This document shows positions 51,389-60,437 of a stretch of DNA of 64,000 nt, in pieces. Each line of letters begins with the position of its first letter. Within the stretch, counting starts at the first letter, position 1. Source of the stretch: a bacterium (GTDB lineage: Bacteria; Patescibacteriota; Andersenbacteria; UBA10190; CAIZMI01); contig JAUSJG010000027.1 in the NCBI GenBank assembly GCA_030647555.1, forward strand, positions 15,532-79,531, read 5' to 3'. The notes beneath the pieces are model-generated. The model saw only the letters and a list, made by a program, of their open reading frames with translations, was not told where the DNA came from and made no database searches. The translations under genes and the position numbers were made by a program.

Positions 51389-52384
51389 TCATAAATCATT
51401 ATTCATGTCCTGAATCCAATTAAGGACTTTAGTAGTAGCGTCTTCTTCACTATCAACCCAAACCACATTTGGCTCCTTCCGTAGCCACGTCAGTTGTCGT
51501 CTTGAGTATTGCCAGTTGGCGTTGATAATTTTTTGTCGTTCCTCTTCAAGAGATTCTTCACCTCTAAGAAACGGAAACAGTTCTCGATAAGCAATTGCTT
51601 GAAGGCCCGGCGCCTGTTCGCCGTATTTTTTGATCAACTCTCGGACTTCTTCGATGAGGCCTTGTTGAAGTTGTTTATCAACACGCTTAGTGATCAATTC
51701 GCGCAAATTGTCCGGTTGCCGGCGAATGGCGAGTTTGAGAATGTTGTAATTATTTGTATTCGCAACACGTTCGTCTTTGCGAGGTGCTTCAGCGCCGAAA
51801 CAATTTCCGTTCGGCAACGACGGGAGATTGCTTCGCTTTGCTCGCAATGACTCGGCGATTTCTAGTGCCCGAATGACCCGTCTTGGATTTTTCAAATCAA
51901 CACGCGTGGCTAACACGGGATCTTTTTTTAATAAATCATTGGCTAAAATTTCCACCGGTTGTTGGTCTGCCCAATCACGAAATGCAAAATCCGGTGGAAC
52001 TGACGCAAAATTTTTCTTTTCGGTTAACGCACGAATGTAAAATCCGGTACCGCCAATTACAATCGGCAAATGATTGTTCTCATGAATTTTTGTAATTACT
52101 TTTGTAGCGTCGTTTACGAAGTCTGCTGCTGAATAGGGTTGGTTCGGAGTAATTGTGTCGATTAGGTAGTGGGGAATTGAATTGTATTTAATCGACTCAA
52201 GTGGTGAATCTGCAATTTTTTTTCGCGAAACGATTTTATCCGTGCCAATATTCATACCAAAATAAACCTGGCGGGAATCGGCAGAGATAATTTCTCCGTT
52301 AAATTGCTTTGCCAATTTTAACGACAATTGAGTCTTTCCCGAGGCGGTGGGGCCCATGATGGCGAGGAGGGGGTTGGAAGGCAT
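51389..52384 (-). CDS. miaA: tRNA (A37)-N6 dimethylallyltransferase with an in-frame palindrome insertion
   Basis: GPTASGKT, SADSRQVY, IGTDK, GGTGFY, RRVIRALE and RRQLTW motifs; ATG at 52384. Confidence 0.93.
   Translation of the reverse strand: MPSNPLLAIMGPTASGKTQLSLKLAKQFNGEIISADSRQVYFGMNIGTDKIVSRKKIADSPLESIKYNSIPHYLIDTITPNQPYSAADFVNDATKVITKIHENNHLPIVIGGTGFYIRALTEKKNFASVPPDFAFRDWADQQPVEILANDLLKKDPVLATRVDLKNPRRVIRALEIAESLRAKRSNLPSLPNGNCFGAEAPRKDERVANTNNYNILKLAIRRQPDNLRELITKRVDKQLQQGLIEEVRELIKKYGEQAPGLQAIAYRELFPFLRGEESLEEERQKIINANWQYSRRQLTWLRKEPNVVWVDSEEDATTKVLNWIQDMNNDL
51773..51851. mobile_element. Palindromic element inside the miaA coding sequence
   Basis: GTCTTTGCGAG...AGATTGCTTCGCTTTGCTCGCAATGAC; translated as SLRAKRSNL...PRKD. 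Confidence 0.8.
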
Positions 52385-52404
52385 AATGAAATTTTGGTTT
52401 ATCT

Positions 52405-52435
52405 GTGACCGACCCTGGCGTACAGGGACGGTCCC
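52405..52435. repeat. GTGACCGACCC...GGGACGGTCCC REP-like element (empty form)
   Basis: Related copies at 59411-59447 (inverted) and 60323-60389 (carrying a 30-bp insert). Confidence 0.72.
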
Positions 52436-52470
52436 AGATATAAAGTAATTGATGTGATAGAATATGCAAT

Positions 52471-53040
52471 ATGAGGATAATTCGTTTGTTGATGTCACTT
52501 GTTGTTCTGTTTTTCCTTGTTTGGGTCATGCTTATTTGGGGGTTGCCTACGATAGTGGCCAATAGCACCTTTTTTTGTGAGCGGTGGAAAATGACCACTG
52601 GCATTTGTGCTCCTGACGCATTAAGTAAGGCGCAAGGAATAAGCAATTGGACAAAGAAGAATGTGCCACTATCGACGGATAATTTTGCGGGGAAAACTTT
52701 GAGTGATGCCTATGTCGGTTTGAATGTATTGGAGAATGCGGCACGTGACAAGCTAGGCAATGATAAAGTTAATCTGGCCTTGGATAATGTGGACAAAGGA
52801 ATTAAAAGCACGGAAATTGTGTTAAATAAACAGGGCTTTGGCAGTAAACTGCAAGATATTCCAAAAAACGCGCAAAATTTACTGACTGAAGCGCGCAAGG
52901 CACTTGAGCAACTGCGCGGTATATTTGATAAAACACAACGTCGCACCGAGGATGTTACGAATGCGGTAAATAATACCAAGAAAGCACTGGATGCTTTGTC
53001 GAGTGTTTTGCCGAGCGTGGTGCCGAGTCCGGGGAAGTAG
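52471..53040 (+). CDS. Hypothetical membrane-anchored helical protein
   Basis: N-terminal TM helix and coiled-coil C-terminus; TAGAAT lies 7 nt before the ATG. Confidence 0.7.
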   Translation: MRIIRLLMSLVVLFFLVWVMLIWGLPTIVANSTFFCERWKMTTGICAPDALSKAQGISNWTKKNVPLSTDNFAGKTLSDAYVGLNVLENAARDKLGNDKVNLALDNVDKGIKSTEIVLNKQGFGSKLQDIPKNAQNLLTEARKALEQLRGIFDKTQRRTEDVTNAVNNTKKALDALSSVLPSVVPSPGK

Positions 53041-53055
53041 AGTACGGAAGATAAT

Positions 53056-53246
53056 GGATCACACGCAATAGTGGGTCATTTGTAGAAACCGCAACGTTTC
53101 CTCCCTTTTTCAAAGGGAGGCGGGGAGGGATTGTGATTATAAGGACATCGTAGCTTCTTAATTTAATCCACCCTCGCCCTTTAGCCCATCAGGGCAACAC
53201 CGCCGAAGCGTGTGCAACTTTGAATAAAGGAGGGTAACGGGGCGTC
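53056..53246. mobile_element. CCTCCCTT/AAGGGAGG palindromic element with a 37-bp insert in its right arm
   Basis: Homolog of 44213-44405; inverted insert at 53181-53217. Confidence 0.75.
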
Positions 53247-53259
53247 ATTTATTTATCGG

Positions 53260-55038
53260 TTACTCAAACGTGATTTTCTTCTCGGCGATATTTTTGGAAA
53301 GCAGAGAAATTGTATCTTCGATCGATAACACTCCGCCGTCTTTTTTGCCGTGCATGCGTAGGGCGATTGTTTTGGCTTGCATTTCGCGGTCACCGACCAC
53401 GGCAATCACCGGAACTTTTTTCATTTCATTGTCGCGAATTTTCTTGCCGATTTTTTCGTTACGTTCGTCGACCTGGGAGCGAATTCCTTGTTTTTTTAAT
53501 TCAACAGCCACTTGTTTTGCGTAATCCAATTGTGCTTCACCGATTGGAAGAACTGAAACTTGTACCGGGGCGAGCCAGAGAGGGAAATTACCGGCCAAAT
53601 GTTCGATGAGAATGGAAAGGAAACGCTCAATCGATCCCATGATCGCGGCATGAATCATGACGATACGTTCTTCTTTGCCCTCTTCGTTGTGGCAGAAAAG
53701 ATTAAAGCGTTCCGGCATATTAAGATCTAATTGGATTGTTGCTACTTGCCATTGGCGTCCCAAAGAATCCTGGGCCATGAAGTCTAATTTTGGTCCATAA
53801 AAAGCGGCTTCGCCCAAACCCTCAAACCAGTCTATTTTTTTCTCGGTGACGATTTCACGTAAAACCGTTTCGGCATATTCCCAGCGCTTTGCATCGCCAA
53901 GGTATTTTTCGGGATGTTTTGGATCATGAATGGAAAGACGGACACGTAGGTCAAAACCGAAGACGCCGTAAAATTCATGAACGATGTCCCAAATCTTGAG
54001 AAATTCCTCTTTGGCTTGCGATGAGCGACAGAAAACGTGCGCATCGTCTTGAGTAAAACTGCGGGCACGGGAAAGACCGGAAAGTTCGCCGGATTGTTCG
54101 TCGCGATAGCACATTGTGGTATTGGCGTAACGCTGTGGCAGTTCGCGGTAGCTCCAGGCCTTGCGAGCGTAGATTTGTGTGTGGTGCGGGCAGTTCATCG
54201 GCTTCATCGCAAACTCGTGTCCTTCACGCGTGGTAATGCGAAAAAGTTCGTCCTTGAATTTATCCCAGTGACCGCTCACTTCGTACAATTCTTTTTTGGT
54301 AATGTGGGGGATTTCTACTTTTTCATATCCGCGCGCGTCGCGCAACTTCCAAACGAAATTATCAAGGAGAGTGCGTACCATCATGCCGTTTGGTGTCCAG
54401 AGGGGTAGACCACTCCCAACCAAATCGGAGAAAACAAACAAGTCCAATTCACGGCCAAGTTTTTTATGGTCGCGTTTTTCCGCTTCTTCGAGCATCGTCA
54501 AGTACGTGTCCAATTCTTCTTTTGTTGCAAAAGCCACGCCGTAAATACGCGTGAGCATTTTATTCTTTTCATCACCGCGCCAATATGCGCCGGCGGTCTT
54601 AAGTAGTTTGAACGCGTCGGGATTGATTTCCTTGGTGGATTTTACGTGTGGACCACCACAAAGATTATCAAATGTACCGGAAAGATAGAAACTGACATTT
54701 TTTTCACCTTTTTCTTTTAATCCATTGATGAGCTCTGTTTTGTACGGATCGTTTTTGTAAGCTTTTAGTGCTTCATCAAATTCGACGTTGTGTTGTTTGA
54801 ATTCAATGTTTTCCGCGATCATTTCGCGCATTCTTTTTTCCAGTTTTGGAAAAATGTCTTGATTAATTGTTTCAGGAAGGTCGTAGTCTTGATAAAAACC
54901 GTTTTCGATTACAGGGCCAACACCCAAACCGACGGTTGGGTAAAGCTCTTGCACTGCCATGCTCATCAAGTGAGAGAGGGAGTGGCGAATAGGTTCGATT
55001 GGATTGGTTTCGTTTGGGTTGGATTGTTTGGAAGACAT
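53260..55038 (-). CDS. thrS: Threonine--tRNA ligase (no N-terminal TGS domain)
   Basis: RHSLSH, LCGGPH, GAYWRG, RDHKKLG, KPMNCP, FYGPK and GSIERF motifs. Confidence 0.96.
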   Translation of the reverse strand: MSSKQSNPNETNPIEPIRHSLSHLMSMAVQELYPTVGLGVGPVIENGFYQDYDLPETINQDIFPKLEKRMREMIAENIEFKQHNVEFDEALKAYKNDPYKTELINGLKEKGEKNVSFYLSGTFDNLCGGPHVKSTKEINPDAFKLLKTAGAYWRGDEKNKMLTRIYGVAFATKEELDTYLTMLEEAEKRDHKKLGRELDLFVFSDLVGSGLPLWTPNGMMVRTLLDNFVWKLRDARGYEKVEIPHITKKELYEVSGHWDKFKDELFRITTREGHEFAMKPMNCPHHTQIYARKAWSYRELPQRYANTTMCYRDEQSGELSGLSRARSFTQDDAHVFCRSSQAKEEFLKIWDIVHEFYGVFGFDLRVRLSIHDPKHPEKYLGDAKRWEYAETVLREIVTEKKIDWFEGLGEAAFYGPKLDFMAQDSLGRQWQVATIQLDLNMPERFNLFCHNEEGKEERIVMIHAAIMGSIERFLSILIEHLAGNFPLWLAPVQVSVLPIGEAQLDYAKQVAVELKKQGIRSQVDERNEKIGKKIRDNEMKKVPVIAVVGDREMQAKTIALRMHGKKDGGVLSIEDTISLLSKNIAEKKITFE

Positions 55039-55085
55039 ATAGGAGACTATAGCAAGTGGGAGACGATTAGAAAAGACGGACGGGT

Positions 55086-55168
55086 AAGGTCGGACTGCCG
55101 GGCGGTCCGACCTTAACTGGTCGCGTCGCCGTCCAATGAGGGTCGGACCCCTCGAGGAGTCCGACCCT
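55086..55168. repeat. Pair of GGTCGGAC/GTCCGACC REP-like hairpins
   Basis: AAGGTCGGACTGCC-g-GGCGGTCCGACCTT and AGGGTCGGAC..GTCCGACCCT. Confidence 0.75.
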
Positions 55169-55249
55169 TTCTAGACAAAATATCGTTTTGGGGGTACAAA
55201 GTGGGGTGGCGTTGGTTCTTTTCTGAAACTTTTACTTACAGGGTGACTT

Positions 55250-55555
55250 ATGGAAACGGACAACGATTTGTGCGAGTGGCGTGAGGAGGGATTGGGACAG
55301 AACAGACGAAACGGAACGAATCGTCGTGTGGTGTTGTGGGGACTAACGGCGGTCGGGCTTAAGAACCTAGTCTGTTACGTGTTTTTGGTCGCTCTCGCCC
55401 TTTCAAGTGTGTTTGCTACCATTGCTGTGAGCAAGATGCCCTCGTCCGATTTTTGCGAAAGAGTTACGAGCGTTTTGTGTGTTGTTGGTCTAGGGCAATT
55501 TGTTTTGTCCCTACTGTCCATTATTGCTGTATTCCATTTACCAACAAGGCGTTAG
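55250..55555 (+). CDS. Small orphan two-TM protein (cassette-like)
   Basis: 101-aa ORF with an AGGGTGA RBS-like site, two hydrophobic helices and its own terminator. Confidence 0.6.
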   Translation: METDNDLCEWREEGLGQNRRNGTNRRVVLWGLTAVGLKNLVCYVFLVALALSSVFATIAVSKMPSSDFCERVTSVLCVVGLGQFVLSLLSIIAVFHLPTRR

Positions 55556-55560
55556 TACCG

Positions 55561-55661
55561 CCGCTCGTCGTCTGACGCGCGGTTTTTTTTAATTCATTTT
55601 TCTTGAAAGAAAAATGAATTAATCCCTCGAAGCTCGTCTCGCGAGACGAGCGAAGTGGGAT
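55561..55661 (+). terminator. Terminator followed by the conserved cassette 3' hairpin motif
   Basis: CCGC...GCGG plus T8, an AT-rich hairpin, then ATCCCTCGAAGCTC..GAGCGAAGTGGGAT. Confidence 0.65.
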
Positions 55662-55669
55662 ATCTCCAA

Positions 55670-55720
55670 CTTTAAGGGTCACCCCTAAAGTAAGCGCTAC
55701 TTTAGGGGTGACCCTTAAAG
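55670..55720. repeat. REP-like palindrome overlapping the dnaE stop codon
   Basis: CTTTAAGGGTCACCCCTAAAGTA-agcgc-TACTTTAGGGGTGACCCTTAAAG. Confidence 0.75.
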
Positions 55721-58700
55721 TTCTTCCTGTGCGGGTTCAAACTTGTGTTGAATTACCGGTTTCGCTTCTTCGACTTTGATGCAATTTGGTCCGAGAATGT
55801 TGCCAAATAGATTTTGCAGGAATGGCGTGTAAGTAATTAAATAGGATGTTTTGACGAGATCTTTTTGATTTTCCTTCTGGATTTCCAAGAAGACTGCGGT
55901 GCGGCCCTTGCCGACCTTTTCCAGAATTGCTTTCAAATCCATGAAGGTGCGTTTCGTCGCATTTACCGGAACACTGATTGTGATGCTAATCGGAGGTTTT
56001 TCGTCAAAAATAGCTTTGTTTTTTAGGGCCTTTGGTGGATTGGCCGGGTCGTATTCCGACGCGGAGTCGGCTAAAATTTTCGGTACGCCGTCCTTGTCGC
56101 TGACGCGTCCTTCAATAATTAAGACTTTATCTTCCAGCCACAGGTTTTGGGTGGTTTCCAGCAATTTTGCGAACACTAAAACCTCCAACGAACCGGAGCG
56201 GTCTTCAACAGTGGCGAAGGCCATGGCTTTTTGTGTGCGAGTGATAATTTTTTTGATGGTGGTAATTATACCGCCGATTTTCACTTTTTCGTTCGCATTA
56301 TGAATGGTGATGTCGGCAATTGGGGTTGTGGCTTCCGCGAGCGCTGGGGCGATATCCATCAATGGATGACCGGAAATAAATAATCCCAACAATTCTTTTT
56401 CCCAACTAAGGCGTTGCTTTTGCGTGGCCGGTTCAACGGCTTTTAGGGTTACTTTTGGTCGCGCCACTTCGGCGGGCATCATACCAAAAAGATTGGCCTG
56501 ATTAGTTAGCAATTGTTTGCCAATATCGCGGTTGAAATTCAAAAGTGTGTCGGTGTTTTCCAAAATTTGGTTGCGTTCGGCAAGTGTGTCAAAAGCGCCG
56601 GCCTTAGCTAGACTTTCGACAGACTTTTTATTCAGATCACGCGAATGCACGCGGGAGAAGAAATCTATGAGATCTTTGGACGAGCCGGCCTTCTCGCGTT
56701 CAGCGATAATTGCTTCTACAATATGTTCGCCGACATTTTTTACCGTGTGCAGTCCAAAACGGATTTCGTCTTTCGGAATTGAATCATTGGCTTTCAAGAC
56801 TGTAAAACCTTTATGTGAAAAATTTACATCCGGCGGTAACACGGGAATTTCCATCCGTTTACATTCGTTGATGATGATGGCAATTTTTTCGATATCGCCG
56901 GATTCGGCGGAAAGGACGGCGCACATATACTCGGCAGGGAAGTTGGCCTTCATGTAGGCAGTTTGGTAGGCAACACGTCCGTAACACGCGGCGTGTGCTT
57001 TGTTGAAACCGTAACCTTGGAAGGGTTCGAACAAATTCCAAATCGCTTCGGCTTGGTCTTTGGTTAAGTTGCTGTTTTTTTGACACCCATCAACGAAAAT
57101 AATATGTTGCTTTGCCATTTCTGCCGGAATCTTTTTTCCGATGGCTTTTCTAAACTTATCGACTGTTTCCCAGTTGTAGCCGGCTAGTTCCAGAGCGGTA
57201 AACATTAGGTCATCTTGATAAACTAAAATACCATAAGATTTGGCCAAGAAATTTTGTGCCTTCGGGTGGAAATATTTGATTGGACTGCGTCCAAGTTTAC
57301 GTGCGATATATTCCGGAATGTTATTCATTGGTCCCGGGCGATAGAGGGCCACCATGGCGTTGATGTCATGTATCGTAGTTGGCTTCAGATCCATTAAATG
57401 TTTTGTCATACCTTCGCCGTTTAGTTGAAACAATCCTTCCGTTTCGCCATTCGCCAACATTTCAAAAGTTTTTTTGTCATCGAACGGAATCCGTTCGATG
57501 TCTATTTTAATATTGTGGTGAAGTTTCACTAGGCGCACCGCGTCTTCCAGTATGGCCAAATTACGGATCCCTAAAAAGTCGAGTTTGGTTAGGCCGACGC
57601 CATCTTCGCCAACGGTGTACATGTCGTACTGGGTAATGCGTCGGTTGCCGTCTTTCGGATCAAGCTGAATTGGGACGTAATTAACAAGTGGTTGGGGAGC
57701 AATAACTACGCCGGCCGCGTGCACCGAAACATGGCGCATCGTGCCCTCCAGTTTGCGAGAAATATCCAGAATGTGTTTTATTTCCGGGTCAGTGTCATAT
57801 ATTTTTTTCAATTCCGGTTCAATTTCCATGGCGTGGTCGATAGTCATCGGAAAGCCTTGCGAGCCCATTGGGATCAGTTTGGCCACGCGGTCACCCAGTT
57901 CATATGGTTTATTTAACGCTCTGGCCACGTCACGCACCGCACCACGCGCCATCATCGTACCGAATGTGCCGATCTGGGCCACTTTATCATCGCCGTATTT
58001 TAGTTTGGCATAGTCAATTACTTCGCCTCGGCGATTATCCGCAAAATCCATATCGATATCGGGCGCGGACGGGCGGAAAGGATTTAAGAACCGTTCAAAA
58101 GGAAGTTGGAATTCGATTGGATTAACATTTGTGATTCCGGAAAGATAAGCAACCAGTGATCCGGCGGCGGATCCACGCACGGTGGTGTAAATATCCGATT
58201 TACGGGCGAAGCGTAATAAGTCGGCAACCACTAGAAAATAGGGGGCGTAGTTTTTTTGTTTGATAACATCCAGTTCGTATTTGCGTCTTTCTTCGGAAAC
58301 CTTATCTTCCGTTAGGCCATGGAAGTTCATCCCTTTTTGCGTAAGTTCGTCGAGCATTTGATCGGCGGTTTTTCCTTCTTCTAGCGCAAAGTCGGGGAAG
58401 ATAAATTTGCCTAGAGTCAGTTCGATGTTGCAACGATCCGCAATAACTTTTGTATTAGTGACAGCCTCGGGAATATCGGAAAACCATTCCATCGCTTCCT
58501 CGGTGGAAATAAAATGGTATTGGCCGGTGCCGGCAAAAATGCCGGTGTCGCCCACGTCGGTGTTGGTGGAAATGGCAACGAGTGTTTTGTGCGCTTCCGC
58601 ATCGTCGGGGCGCAAGTAATGAGAGTCTTGGGTGGCGACTAGCGGGATATTCAGTTCGCGCGAAAGTTCGATCAACATAAAGCGCCACTTTTCAAAATTG

Positions 58701-59245
58701 TCGACGTCCGGGTGGTGCATTATTTCCAGGTAATAATTTTCGGCGCCGAAAATGTCTTGATATTCACGGATGACTTCAATCGCTTTTTCTTTGCCACTGC
58801 CGGTGATGGCGCGCCCCACTTCACTTCCGATACAACCGGATAAAGCAATGATGCCCTCGTGATTTTCACGAAGCAGTTCTTTGTCGACGCGCGGTTTATA
58901 GTAATAACCTTCGAGGTGAGCCGAGGTGATTAATTTAATTAAATTTTTATAACCGGTCATGTTTTTGGCCAGTAGCGTTAGGTGGTAACGGCGATTATCA
59001 ATACCGGTTTCTTTTTGTTTGTGACTACGAACGGCGACATAAGTTTCTACACCAATTATCGGCTTAATCCCGTTTTTTTTGCAGGCGGAATAAAAATCAA
59101 TGATGCCGTACATCGCGCCGTGGTCGGTGAGACCGATGGCGGACATATTAAGTTCCTTGGCGCGTTTAACCATGTCGTCCACTTTCGAAAGACCATCCAG
59201 GAGGGAATAGTGGGAGTGGGTATGGAGGTGGATGAATTCTGCCAT
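55715..59245 (-). CDS. dnaE: DNA polymerase III alpha subunit
   Basis: PHP domain HLHTHSHYSLLDG, RGSAAGS, PDIDMD, GYGFNKAH and OB fold; ATG at 59245. Confidence 0.96.
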   Translation of the reverse strand: MAEFIHLHTHSHYSLLDGLSKVDDMVKRAKELNMSAIGLTDHGAMYGIIDFYSACKKNGIKPIIGVETYVAVRSHKQKETGIDNRRYHLTLLAKNMTGYKNLIKLITSAHLEGYYYKPRVDKELLRENHEGIIALSGCIGSEVGRAITGSGKEKAIEVIREYQDIFGAENYYLEIMHHPDVDNFEKWRFMLIELSRELNIPLVATQDSHYLRPDDAEAHKTLVAISTNTDVGDTGIFAGTGQYHFISTEEAMEWFSDIPEAVTNTKVIADRCNIELTLGKFIFPDFALEEGKTADQMLDELTQKGMNFHGLTEDKVSEERRKYELDVIKQKNYAPYFLVVADLLRFARKSDIYTTVRGSAAGSLVAYLSGITNVNPIEFQLPFERFLNPFRPSAPDIDMDFADNRRGEVIDYAKLKYGDDKVAQIGTFGTMMARGAVRDVARALNKPYELGDRVAKLIPMGSQGFPMTIDHAMEIEPELKKIYDTDPEIKHILDISRKLEGTMRHVSVHAAGVVIAPQPLVNYVPIQLDPKDGNRRITQYDMYTVGEDGVGLTKLDFLGIRNLAILEDAVRLVKLHHNIKIDIERIPFDDKKTFEMLANGETEGLFQLNGEGMTKHLMDLKPTTIHDINAMVALYRPGPMNNIPEYIARKLGRSPIKYFHPKAQNFLAKSYGILVYQDDLMFTALELAGYNWETVDKFRKAIGKKIPAEMAKQHIIFVDGCQKNSNLTKDQAEAIWNLFEPFQGYGFNKAHAACYGRVAYQTAYMKANFPAEYMCAVLSAESGDIEKIAIIINECKRMEIPVLPPDVNFSHKGFTVLKANDSIPKDEIRFGLHTVKNVGEHIVEAIIAEREKAGSSKDLIDFFSRVHSRDLNKKSVESLAKAGAFDTLAERNQILENTDTLLNFNRDIGKQLLTNQANLFGMMPAEVARPKVTLKAVEPATQKQRLSWEKELLGLFISGHPLMDIAPALAEATTPIADITIHNANEKVKIGGIITTIKKIITRTQKAMAFATVEDRSGSLEVLVFAKLLETTQNLWLEDKVLIIEGRVSDKDGVPKILADSASEYDPANPPKALKNKAIFDEKPPISITISVPVNATKRTFMDLKAILEKVGKGRTAVFLEIQKENQKDLVKTSYLITYTPFLQNLFGNILGPNCIKVEEAKPVIQHKFEPAQEEL

Positions 59246-59306
59246 GGTCAGTAGATAGAAAATATATTTTGAAAAACAGTGTTCTGTGAAATCAATCGAC
59301 ACCACA

Positions 59307-59363
59307 AAATCCCAAATCCCAAATCCCAAATCCCAAATAATGCTCTAAATCCCAATTTCCAAA
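59307..59363. repeat. (AAATCCC)n heptamer tandem repeat
   Basis: Four perfect AAATCCC units plus degenerate copies. Confidence 0.8.
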
Positions 59364-59512
59364 ACGACACTTCGGTAATTAGTCCAATGAAATGTCGAAA
59401 TGACAAAAGATCAGGGACCGTCCCTGCACGCCAGGGTCGGTCACTGATAGTAGTGTTTTTTTGTTGGTTTCTCATGAATTTTCATCTTACCAAGCCACCC
59501 AAAAATGCACTA

Positions 59513-59541
59513 TTGACAATTTGGGTGGTTTGGAGTATAAT
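59513..59541 (+). promoter_or_regulatory. Consensus sigma70 promoter
   Basis: TTGACA-17 nt-TATAAT, with the inverted repeat CCACCCAAA/TTTGGGTGG bracketing the -35. Confidence 0.75.
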
Positions 59542-59601
59542 TATGGGTTGTTCTTGGAAAACTTGTGCGTTCTGTGGTCGCTTTTTGTGAAGGAGAATGT
59601 C

Positions 59602-60141
59602 ATGCAAGTTCGATTGTTGCAGGTTGTGATCGTGGTTCTGTGTCTGATTTCTCTTAGTCTTTGTGTTCTCAATCATAATTCGTCTGTTGCTCGCAAGAAA
59701 CAGGAACAGGCGCGGCATGTTGTTGGGGTCACCAAAGAACGTATTTTGCGTGAAAACCTCGGACTCGTGACGGATCTCACTCAAAAATATGCCTCGCGAG
59801 GCGAGTATGAGTGTTTGACTTCCGAACGAGATCTTGCTCGCGATGATGTAGACTGCGCGATCGTCTATCGGGAGTGCTTGCGGATTATTTCCGACGTCAA
59901 CAAGGGACCGGCGACGGACGCGAAGTACGGAGCCTTGAGACAGGAGAACAAAGATTTTGGTTTTTGCTTCAGCGTCCTTGAAGTTAAGAAAGATTTGGAA
60001 AATTTCTTGGACGGCTTGGACGAAGGTTCTCTCAGCGCCGATTTTGTCCTGAAGCATGCCGACAAGATTGAGGTGTCAATTCGCGTCAAAGCGACGGAAC
60101 TCAGGAAGGGGTTTTACGAGAGTCCGTTTGATCGACCGTAA
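59602..60141 (+). CDS. Orphan secreted/membrane-anchored protein (cassette-like)
   Basis: AAGGAG SD before the ATG at 59602; N-terminal hydrophobic helix; own promoter and terminator. Confidence 0.7.
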   Translation: MQVRLLQVVIVVLCLISLSLCVLNHNSSVARKKQEQARHVVGVTKERILRENLGLVTDLTQKYASRGEYECLTSERDLARDDVDCAIVYRECLRIISDVNKGPATDAKYGALRQENKDFGFCFSVLEVKKDLENFLDGLDEGSLSADFVLKHADKIEVSIRVKATELRKGFYESPFDRP

Positions 60142-60179
60142 CAAAATAGAGTTCGTCATTCGGTAAACTGAATGGCCAC

Positions 60180-60274
60180 CCACCCGGGCAACGTGTCGCG
60201 GGTGGTTTTTTAATTTTCTTCGCAAAGAAAATTATCCCCCATAGCTCCGCCAGCTGGCGGAAGCGACGGGGGAT
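60180..60274 (+). terminator. Terminator followed by the conserved cassette 3' hairpin motif
   Basis: CCACCCG...CGGGTGG plus T6, an AT-rich hairpin, then ATCCCCCATAGCT..AGCGACGGGGGAT. Confidence 0.7.
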
Positions 60275-60322
60275 ACTGTTTCCATATATTGAAACAAAAA
60301 CGACTTGTGTGGTGACACACAA

Positions 60323-60389
60323 TCGGTGACCGACCCCGGCGTCCCCACTTCGCTAAAGCTACGCGGGGCAGGTCGGGGACGGTCCCCGA
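60323..60389. repeat. REP-like element with a nested 30-bp mini-element (60343-60372)
   Basis: Filled version of the 52405 and 59411 elements. Confidence 0.75.
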
Positions 60390-60437
60390 TTGCAGTGCAA
60401 GTTCATCTTTCCCCCAATATTTGCTAAGCTGTATCTA

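Noticed and set aside
53260-55038. thrS as a truncated pseudogene
   Set aside because: Only the TGS domain is absent; the editing, catalytic and anticodon-binding domains are intact, and TGS-less ThrRS is a known form.
59482-60057. 191-aa antisense ORF and other long shadow ORFs (for example 12849-13496, 9162-9812, 23488-24123)
   Set aside because: They overlap better-supported genes and have no recognisable motifs.
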